The notes under the pieces are model-generated. The model worked only from the letters and a program-made list of their open reading frames with translations, did not search any database and had not been told where the DNA came from. Shown here in pieces: positions 56,574 to 64,000 of a stretch of DNA of 64,000 bases. Both the position numbers and the translations under genes were made by a program. This DNA comes from Candidatus Harrisonbacteria bacterium. Its GTDB lineage: Bacteria; Patescibacteriota; Minisyncoccia; UBA6257; UBA11618. Position 1 is the stretch's first letter, and every line of letters begins with the position of its first letter. The stretch lies in contig VGJO01000001.1 in assembly GCA_016867415.1 (NCBI GenBank), forward strand, positions 80,052-144,051, read 5' to 3'.

Positions 56574-57981
56574 AACTGAAGAAGCCAAGCTGATACTCAA
56601 GGAAATAAATCAAATCTTTTACTCAAAAAATTGGGAAAAAGATCTTTATTCCAAAAAAACAAAACACTCTCTTTGGGCTATAAATCAACAAATATTCTTC
56701 AATAAAATCCTTTCCGAGCTAGAAGGAAAGAAAGATAAGAAAGAAAAAATTTTTTTTTGGCTGGAAAACATAATATTTTTCTTTCTTTCTATTTCTTCTA
56801 ATTTCTTCTTCTCTTTTCTTTGCCGAATAAAACAAAAAGAAATAGGGGTCTACGCAATTTATAAAGGAAAAGATAAAGATTTTCGTCTTAAAAAGTTCTT
56901 TTCTTTCCTGGATAAAGAGCGAATAGAATACGGAAATATTGTATATTGCGGAACTAAATCTTTGGTATGGAGGGCAATCGCTTCAAATAGATTTCCTCTT
57001 TTTATAAAAACTCCGCTACCTTTTCCAAAAAGATGCAGCGGACCTCAATTAGAAAAAGAAGATCTTCAAAAGATAGAGAGTGAACAGTATAGAAAAATAA
57101 TCTCAAAGCTTTTTCCTATTTTTATTCGTCTTTCTCAAAAAAATAGGTTTGAAATAAAATTCCTTTCTTTTTTTCTGAAAGCAAGTGGCATTAAAAAAAT
57201 TTTCGCCATTGATGATTATCGTCATATGTTTCTTCTCACTGAAGCCGCTCATGAGAGTAGAGTGAATATCATCTTCATTCAACATGGTCGGTTTAATAAA
57301 TCACTGGGATGGCTTAACGACTTTATTGATTCATCCCTTTATCCTATCCCAGAAGAATATCTCTTAAAAAATGAATTTTGGAGAAAAGCGTTATTAAAAA
57401 ATAGTAATATATTTACTAACTATACAAATAGACTAAAGATATTTGGTTCCGCCTCTGAAGACATATCGTTTGAAAATAAAGAAAATAAAGAAAAAAAGGA
57501 GATTATTTCCATACTAATTCCGTATGAGACCGCCACTGATCATGAAGAAATTCGCTCGATAGTGGAAGAGATAAAAAAGGACAAAAAATATTATATTTTT
57601 TTCCGTCCTCGACCTGATCTTGATAAAGAGAAGCAGCTTAAAGATTATTCTTTGCCTTCTTCTACAAAAATAGTGGAAGACATTAATTCTTTTCTTAAAA
57701 ATGAATCCATTGATTTTATTTTAGGGACGTACACTACTCTCCTTTACGAATTCGCAGCGGTAAGTATTCCTTCTATAATAGTAGAAACCAAGAATACCGA
57801 CGCTTTTGATCTCTTTGAAGAAAAACTTGGTTTTCTAGTGAGGAAAGAAAATTGCACAGAAGAAATAGCAAAAAAACACTCTGACCTTTCCTGGTTTAAT
57901 AAAACAAAAGCGGCAGAGCTTGTAATAAAAGACGATTTTATTAAAAACTGCAAAGAAGTTTTAAAAAATGTGCGGAATTAA
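56557..57981 (+). CDS. Hypothetical protein, possibly GT-B polysaccharide biosynthesis enzyme
   Basis: 474-aa ORF overlapping both neighbours; IQHG, RPRP, TTLLYE motifs. Confidence 0.6.
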   Translation: MERLTRTEEAKLILKEINQIFYSKNWEKDLYSKKTKHSLWAINQQIFFNKILSELEGKKDKKEKIFFWLENIIFFFLSISSNFFFSFLCRIKQKEIGVYAIYKGKDKDFRLKKFFSFLDKERIEYGNIVYCGTKSLVWRAIASNRFPLFIKTPLPFPKRCSGPQLEKEDLQKIESEQYRKIISKLFPIFIRLSQKNRFEIKFLSFFLKASGIKKIFAIDDYRHMFLLTEAAHESRVNIIFIQHGRFNKSLGWLNDFIDSSLYPIPEEYLLKNEFWRKALLKNSNIFTNYTNRLKIFGSASEDISFENKENKEKKEIISILIPYETATDHEEIRSIVEEIKKDKKYYIFFRPRPDLDKEKQLKDYSLPSSTKIVEDINSFLKNESIDFILGTYTTLLYEFAAVSIPSIIVETKNTDAFDLFEEKLGFLVRKENCTEEIAKKHSDLSWFNKTKAAELVIKDDFIKNCKEVLKNVRN

Positions 57982-59824
57982 CGGCTACAGTTTCAGCGAT
58001 AACGACCTTATCAGAAGAATGAATAAGGCGACAAAGCATCGAGGACCTGACGGAGAGGGGGTATTTGTAAATGAAGACATATCTTTTGGGCATAACCTTC
58101 TTTCTATTACTGACACGCCTTTGCATTCTCATCAGCCTTTTGTAAGCGAAGATAAAAAGAGAGTTCTAGTCTATAACGGAGAAATATATAACTACCGGAA
58201 TCTTCGGAGTGTCCTGGAAAAAAAATATTCTATAAATTTTAAAACTGACTGCGATACAGAAGTTCTTTTCTGGGGCATTTGCAAGGAAGGTATTAATTTT
58301 CTTTCTCGAGTAAATGGCATGTATGCTTTTGCTTTTTATAATGCTGAGGAGAAGAAAATAATTCTTTCTCGAGATCCTTCCGGCATCAAGCCTCTCTACT
58401 ATTACACATCAAAATCTCACCTATTTTTTTCCTCAGAGATCAAGGGATTATTTGCTTCTGAAGCAGAGAGAACCTTAGATTATGATGGATTTTCTCTTTA
58501 CTACTTTCTAGGATATATTCCCGGGGAAAGGACTTTGATAAAGAATATAAAAAAACTTACTCCCGGAGAGGTGATAGAGTACGATCTTATAAAAAATACC
58601 TTAGTAAAAAAGAAAGTCTTACTTCTAAATAAAAAAGAAACAAAAGAAAAAAGTGCTCCAAGTGAAATAAGGAATACGATTTCTGAAGCTGTCGAAAGAC
58701 ACTTAATAGGTCTTCGCCCTTTCGGTATGTATTTAAGTGGGGGATTAGATTCTTCTATTATTTTCTACGAGTTAGTAAAGAGTGGAAAAAAATGCATCAC
58801 CTACACCACTCGATTTGAGGCAAAAGATTATAAGTATAATGAAGACGCAAACATTGCCCAAAGATTTTCGGAGGATCTAGGGATAGAGCACAGAGAGCTC
58901 TATGTGACAGAAAAGGATTTTATAAGAGATTATGAAGAGTCCATCTCAACCATTGAGGAACCGCGTTACAATCCTTCTATTGGAGCATATTTTGCTCTCG
59001 CTCGCCTTGCCGCCAAAGAATCAACTGTGATCGTAAATGGTAGTGGGGGAGATGAGCTTTTTTTCGGTTATCCCAAGTACATGGAATCAAGAAAGATCTC
59101 TGATAAACTTTCGAAATATGGTAATAACCTGGCTCAAATACTTTTTCTCTCTCATTTTATTAAGAGCGGATTTATTAAAAATATTCCTGATTTTTTTAAT
59201 TTTCTCCAACTAAACAAACCTCTCGACCGCTGGGTCTATCTTAATAGAATCAACTCCACACCTTTTAAAAATGGATTTCATTCACAAAGCTTAAAAACAG
59301 TCCGCGATCTCCTTATGAAGGAGCTTCCTTTATTTTCTTCTGATGATACTGAAAACAATATCGCTATCCTTGATAGGATTTTCTGGCTAGCAAACGAAGA
59401 ATTTATCAGAACTGATAAAATAACCATGCATTTTGGCATGGAAGGACGATTCCCATTGCTAGATAAGGAAGTAGTGGACTTAGCGTACAATATTCCAAGT
59501 AGACAAAAACTTGTAAATGGTAATCTTAAGGCGCTCCTAAAAGAAAGCTACAAGGACAAACTCCCCGACTACATTATAAACAAGAAAAAGACCGGCTGGA
59601 CCGCACCCGTAGCAGAGTGGATGGAAAAACCCTCATTCTCTTCTTTCATAAAAGAAGTTTCCACTCCTTCCTTTTATAAGGAAATGAATCCGTTAATGCA
59701 AAAAACAATAGAAAGTAATTATATGGAGAAAAGAGGCTCATGGAGTACGGTTCACTTAAAAAAGATTATGCCTCTCATCGCTTTTAAAATCTGGGCAAAA
59801 AACTTCAACATCACCCTTCCCTAA
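57968..59824 (+). CDS. asnB: Second asparagine-synthase-like amidotransferase
   Basis: MCGING, HRGPD, YNGEIYNY, LSGGLDSS, GGDELFFGY. Confidence 0.9.
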   Translation: MCGINGYSFSDNDLIRRMNKATKHRGPDGEGVFVNEDISFGHNLLSITDTPLHSHQPFVSEDKKRVLVYNGEIYNYRNLRSVLEKKYSINFKTDCDTEVLFWGICKEGINFLSRVNGMYAFAFYNAEEKKIILSRDPSGIKPLYYYTSKSHLFFSSEIKGLFASEAERTLDYDGFSLYYFLGYIPGERTLIKNIKKLTPGEVIEYDLIKNTLVKKKVLLLNKKETKEKSAPSEIRNTISEAVERHLIGLRPFGMYLSGGLDSSIIFYELVKSGKKCITYTTRFEAKDYKYNEDANIAQRFSEDLGIEHRELYVTEKDFIRDYEESISTIEEPRYNPSIGAYFALARLAAKESTVIVNGSGGDELFFGYPKYMESRKISDKLSKYGNNLAQILFLSHFIKSGFIKNIPDFFNFLQLNKPLDRWVYLNRINSTPFKNGFHSQSLKTVRDLLMKELPLFSSDDTENNIAILDRIFWLANEEFIRTDKITMHFGMEGRFPLLDKEVVDLAYNIPSRQKLVNGNLKALLKESYKDKLPDYIINKKKTGWTAPVAEWMEKPSFSSFIKEVSTPSFYKEMNPLMQKTIESNYMEKRGSWSTVHLKKIMPLIAFKIWAKNFNITLP

Positions 59825-59839
59825 AATAAAGAAGATAGC

Positions 59840-60469
59840 ATGAATCAAAACCGAGGTATTTTTGATGGGATTCTTATCGAGAAAAGCCTTCTTGAACTTA
59901 AAGAGCTTTGGCAAAAGCAAGTAACGCAACTTGTTCAAGAAGAAAAAAACATAACTTCTCTTCCTGATAAGCTCCATGTTCAATTAACTAATTATGTAAG
60001 TCAAAAAACCTATGAAGAATATAGATCTCGTGCTGATGTTGCGTGTGCAGATTTGGTGATTGTTACTAAGAGAGATGACGGTCACTGGGGCGTACTCTTA
60101 AGTAAACGTGGATCCGGAAAGTCTTTTGCTAGAAGTTGGTGGATATATGGAGGATCTATCCCTTCGTATTCCTCAATTCCTGATTTTATTGCCAAGCGAA
60201 GTGAAGAAGAATCCGGAGTAAAGGCTACTCCTGTCCTCCTTCTCGGCGTCTATCGGACCTGCGCCCCTGATTTTGTAGGCTCTTCAGTCAACCTTTGCTA
60301 TCTCGGAATCGCTTCCTGGAGCGAAGTCGAGAGAGTAGCAGGTGTTGATAAGGATCATGATTGCATTGGATGTTTCACTGCAGGCGATATTGAGGAATTG
60401 AAGCGAAATGAGGAGGTTCATTGGTACCCTCTTCACGTTGCTTCTCGTGCGCTTGAGATCGTTTCTTAA
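59840..60469 (+). CDS. NUDIX hydrolase (GDP-mannose mannosyl hydrolase-like)
   Basis: CADLVIV, VLLSKR, WWIYGG...KRSEEESG degenerate Nudix box. Confidence 0.7.
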   Translation: MNQNRGIFDGILIEKSLLELKELWQKQVTQLVQEEKNITSLPDKLHVQLTNYVSQKTYEEYRSRADVACADLVIVTKRDDGHWGVLLSKRGSGKSFARSWWIYGGSIPSYSSIPDFIAKRSEEESGVKATPVLLLGVYRTCAPDFVGSSVNLCYLGIASWSEVERVAGVDKDHDCIGCFTAGDIEELKRNEEVHWYPLHVASRALEIVS

Positions 60470-60500
60470 TCCTCATTTCGAAGAAAAAAGGTCCTTAACT

Positions 60501-60527
60501 AGGAGGCGATGTCCGCCTCCTTTTTTT
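60501..60527 (+). terminator. Intrinsic terminator
   Basis: AGGAGGCG-atgtc-CGCCTCCT followed by a T-tract. Confidence 0.8.
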
Positions 60528-60589
60528 ATAGAAATATTTGAAAAAAAGGCAAAATTACCTATAATTAGCTTTGTTTAAAGAAAGTAGTC

Positions 60590-61690
60590 ATGCGGAAATT
60601 AGAGCGAAAAACAAAAGAAAAAAATCCTCCTTCTCAAAAAATCCTCCTCATTATTGGCGGGGCTGGTTTCATTGGAATTAATGCCGCTCGTCATTTTTTA
60701 ATGAAAAAAAACTGGTCGGTGATTATTTTTGATAACCTTTCAAGAAAAGGTTCGGATCTTAACCTCGCTCAATTAAAAAAGGATTTCCCCAAAGCTATTC
60801 ACTTCGTAAAAGGAGATATCGTAAGAGATATAACTGCGCTCAAACGTGAAGTAAATAAAAGTGATGCAGTGATTCACCTTGCCGCTCAAGTAGCGGTTAC
60901 TACCTCTGTTACCGATCCTAGAACTGATTTTGAGATCAATGCCCTTGGTACTTTCAATGTTCTAGAAGCGATCCGATTAAGCAAAAAGAAACCGTCTCTT
61001 ATTTATTCCTCTACTAACAAAGTATATGGCGGACTTGAAGATCTATCTGTAAAAGAATTAAAAAATCGGTACGAATTTTCCTCAAAAGAGTTCCGAGAGC
61101 AAGGTGTCTCGGAAGAGCGAAATCTAGATTTTCATTCCCCGTATGGCTGCAGTAAAGGGGCGGCTGATCAGTATGTGATTGATTATAGTCGGATCTATGG
61201 CTTAAAAACCGTGGTTTTTCGCCAGTCCTGCATCTATGGCCGCCATCAGTTTGGAGTTGAAGACCAAGGTTGGGTTGCTTGGTTTATGATTGCCTGCTTA
61301 GTTGGTCGCCCCATTACTATTTACGGAAATGGGAAACAAATTCGTGATATTTTATTTGTTGATGACCTAGTTGATCTCTATTCCCTAGCTCTTTCAAACA
61401 TCGAGAAAGTATCCGGCCGAGCCTACAACATTGGCGCTGGACCTAAACATACGATTTCTCTCATTGAGCTTTTGAGTTTTTTCAAAGAAAAATTTGGATT
61501 TGATCCAAAGCTTTCCCATGCTGCCATTCGTCCCGGTGATCAACCTATTTTTGTTTGTGATATTAAAAAGATTAAAAAAGATCTTGGCTGGGAGCCAAAG
61601 ACTAATATCAATGAAGGTCTTCACTGTCTGCGGGATTGGCTAGAAGATAATAAGCAAGTATTAACGAAGTTTTTCGGGAAGAATAATTAA
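60590..61690 (+). CDS. NAD-dependent epimerase, CDP-paratose 2-epimerase-like
   Basis: GGAGFIG, DNLSRKG, AAQVAVTTS, SSTNKVYG, SPYGCSKGAADQY, QFGVEDQGWVAWF. Confidence 0.88.
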   Translation: MRKLERKTKEKNPPSQKILLIIGGAGFIGINAARHFLMKKNWSVIIFDNLSRKGSDLNLAQLKKDFPKAIHFVKGDIVRDITALKREVNKSDAVIHLAAQVAVTTSVTDPRTDFEINALGTFNVLEAIRLSKKKPSLIYSSTNKVYGGLEDLSVKELKNRYEFSSKEFREQGVSEERNLDFHSPYGCSKGAADQYVIDYSRIYGLKTVVFRQSCIYGRHQFGVEDQGWVAWFMIACLVGRPITIYGNGKQIRDILFVDDLVDLYSLALSNIEKVSGRAYNIGAGPKHTISLIELLSFFKEKFGFDPKLSHAAIRPGDQPIFVCDIKKIKKDLGWEPKTNINEGLHCLRDWLEDNKQVLTKFFGKNN

Positions 61691-61702
61691 TTTCAGCTTT
61701 TC

Positions 61703-62809
61703 TTACCCTTTCGCTACCTTTTTGTAGAGTTCTAAAAACTCCTGAGTGATAATAGACCAATCGTGCGCTTTTGCATAAGCGAAACCCGCTTCTCCCATAT
61801 CTTTTCGTAATTGTTCGTCATCAAGAAGAGCCTCTATTGCTCCCGCTGTTCCGATAACATCGCTTTCTTTTACTAAAAGAGCGGTTTTTCTAACTATAAT
61901 AGCATCCTTTACCCCCCCAGAGTCAGAGGCAATAATAGGCTTCTTGCAAGCCGCAGCTTCTAAGTAGACTATTCCAAAGCCTTCAAAGTTCCAGTTCCCT
62001 AAAACGGGAGTATGAACATAAATATCGCATTCATGAAACTTCTCCGCTACTCTGTCACTATTCACTTCTCCCGCAAAGATGACATTTTCAGTTATCTTTT
62101 CTTCTTTAGTTATTTCCTCAAGTTTTCCTCGTAATTCGCCGGAGCCGACTAATATATAAAGGAAGTCGTTACGTTTCTTCTTTAATAGTCCCAGAGCCCT
62201 AAGAACAATATCCTGACCTTTTCGCGCTTTAAGGCCTCCTACAGTCATAAGAACCTTTTTGTCTCCATATTCTTTTTTTCGGGGAGGGGGAGTCATCTGA
62301 AACTTTTCAAAATCGAGTCCATTGTGAATGACTTGTATAGGAGTCTTGGTTGGGGAAAACTTTTGGATATGATCCCGGGTAAATACGCTTGGCGCCGTTA
62401 TCATGCTTGCGGTATTATAAGCCCAATTAAGGAAATATTTTTCCGGAAACATAAAAAGTGGTTTGATCGCGTATGTTCCCTGAGTCCCTATGATGAGCGA
62501 CTTTTTATATTTTTTTGCGAGCTTTGCGGCTATAAGAGCGTAGGGAAACTCAAAAAAAGAATGAATAAGATCATAACCGCTCGCATCAAAATCAAAAAAG
62601 AGATATTGAAGAATCTTTTTTGATTTCAGATCAAAAATATACTCCGGTAAAATCTCTTTTACTTCAAAGTTGACTTCTTTTTTATTTTTTTGAGGAGGTA
62701 CAAGGAGAGTAATTTCGTGATGTTTACTTACCTCTTTGGTTAGCTCCCAAGTTATTTGGCCATAGCCATCATTCGTACCAAAAACCGAGGAAAAACAGAG
62801 AATTTTCAT
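61703..62809 (-). CDS. Glycosyltransferase family 4
   Basis: VGGLKARKGQD, FEGFGIVYLEAAA. Confidence 0.92.
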   Translation of the reverse strand: MKILCFSSVFGTNDGYGQITWELTKEVSKHHEITLLVPPQKNKKEVNFEVKEILPEYIFDLKSKKILQYLFFDFDASGYDLIHSFFEFPYALIAAKLAKKYKKSLIIGTQGTYAIKPLFMFPEKYFLNWAYNTASMITAPSVFTRDHIQKFSPTKTPIQVIHNGLDFEKFQMTPPPRKKEYGDKKVLMTVGGLKARKGQDIVLRALGLLKKKRNDFLYILVGSGELRGKLEEITKEEKITENVIFAGEVNSDRVAEKFHECDIYVHTPVLGNWNFEGFGIVYLEAAACKKPIIASDSGGVKDAIIVRKTALLVKESDVIGTAGAIEALLDDEQLRKDMGEAGFAYAKAHDWSIITQEFLELYKKVAKG

Positions 62810-63438
62810 ATTTGTATCACAAATTGGTTATTTCTTTTATAGGTTTGAAGATGATGATTTTGTGCAAATTCATCAACAGCTTGTTTTACCTCTGGAAGAT
62901 GATAATCATCTCCCGCAAGGACACCACCTTTCTTCATTTTTGAGTAGAAATTTTCCAAATCTTTTTTCACTTGAAAATAACTATGGTCCCCATCAATATA
63001 GATAAAATCAAAAAAACCTTCGTAAAATTGAGAGACTGCTTCATCTGATTTTTTTCTTATGACGTGAACTATATTTTTATCTATCTCCTTTCGTAAGGCG
63101 CGCAACACGAAAGAATATCTATTATCTTGATTATCTTGGTTGTATTTTTCTTTTCCTCCTGGGATTTCTAGCCATGGATCTATTAAATAAAGTTGCTGAG
63201 GTTTAGAAATTCGGATAATTCTTTTAGAAAATAAGCCATTATAAACACCTATTTCTGCACAAACTCCATTTTTTCTAATGCTTTTTAAAAGAAAATCTCT
63301 CGGTTCAGGGAGATGATTTTCAATGCTTTTATAAAGATTTTTTAAAAAAGGTTTTAAGAGTTTTCCAAAGGGATTTGTATTGGCAAAAACTTTAAGGTCA
63401 TTCTTTAGTTTGTAGTCATTTTTATAAAATTTAGCCAT
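62806..63438 (-). CDS. Class I SAM-dependent methyltransferase (Methyltransf_24-like)
   Basis: AEIGVYNG, LIDPW, FDFIYIDGDHSY, GGVLAGDDY. Confidence 0.88.
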   Translation of the reverse strand: MAKFYKNDYKLKNDLKVFANTNPFGKLLKPFLKNLYKSIENHLPEPRDFLLKSIRKNGVCAEIGVYNGLFSKRIIRISKPQQLYLIDPWLEIPGGKEKYNQDNQDNRYSFVLRALRKEIDKNIVHVIRKKSDEAVSQFYEGFFDFIYIDGDHSYFQVKKDLENFYSKMKKGGVLAGDDYHLPEVKQAVDEFAQNHHLQTYKRNNQFVIQI

Positions 63439-63509
63439 AGTTTTATTTTGCCATTTTTTGGTATAAACTCTCTAAAGACTAAGAAATATAAGGAATAAAT
63501 AAAAGGTAT

Positions 63510-64000
63510 ATGTCTAAGTTTTTCGCAAAACTAACCTCCACCAAACCCTCGATGTATTCAAAATCGTTATTTTTGAATATTCTCGGGATGCAATGGTATA
63601 GAATACTTTTTTTCTATTTGATAAGAAAGGTAAAAGCCTCTGTAACCATAAAACCTGAGTATAAAGAGTACTTAAAAATTTTAGAACGTGACGGCGTTAT
63701 CGTTATTCCTAATTTTCTTTCTGAAGCAGATTATAAGGAAGTGTTGGATGAATATCAAACACTCACACCTTCTTTTGTAAGGACTAACCACAATCTTTTA
63801 CCAAGAGTTGATGGGATAAGTATGTATGACAAAAGAGTTTTAGAAAAAAATAGAAACCTGTTTCTTAAAAGCGATCTAATTCGAAGTTTAGTTTCTTCTT
63901 ATCTCAATAGATATTATAATTTACAGCTCCCAATAGATTACAATCGCATCTACTGTAATCAGGAAGATTTAGATAAACCTAGAAATGGTGGTACCAATAA
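63510..64000 (+). CDS. Partial ORF, probable PhyH-type 2OG dioxygenase (3'-truncated)
   Basis: Manual translation of the 5' part, MSKFFAKL...LERDGVIVIPNFLSEADY; appears to run off the window end. Confidence 0.55.
   Translation, partial: MSKFFAKLTSTKPSMYSKSLFLNILGMQWYRILFFYLIRKVKASVTIKPEYKEYLKILERDGVIVIPNFLSEADYKEVLDEYQTLTPSFVRTNHNLLPRVDGISMYDKRVLEKNRNLFLKSDLIRSLVSSYLNRYYNLQLPIDYNRIYCNQEDLDKPRNGGTN

Overview
Chromosomal window from a reduced-genome bacterium, most likely Patescibacteria/CPR (Parcubacteria-like). This is inferred from the gene set and order, the short AT-rich leaders that mostly lack a Shine-Dalgarno sequence, and the standard code (TGA = stop). 1-28 kb holds housekeeping genes (ileS, trpS, rnj, secG, gpmI, rny, HU, ECF sigma/anti-sigma, lepB, ftsK, cysteine desulfurase, clpB), four tRNAs and several orphan secreted low-complexity proteins. 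29-64 kb holds a 1145-aa S-layer-like protein flanked by two O-antigen-ligase-like genes, followed by a long glycan synthesis and modification cluster. The main unexplained signal is a dispersed family of 14 intergenic ~90-200 nt long-hairpin elements, plus a remnant. All lie in the same (+) orientation whatever the direction of the flanking genes. They show conserved tandem G.A (kink-turn-like) internal loops, compensatory stem changes and optional nested hairpin modules. Other signals: a short REP/RPE-like palindrome family with one copy in frame inside the cysteine desulfurase, a 6S-RNA-like hairpin near rny, iteron-like repeats inside a wHTH gene, and an attenuator-like leader before the S-layer gene. 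No CRISPR array, transposase, integrase or rRNA was seen. All calls are by eye; no database searches were run.
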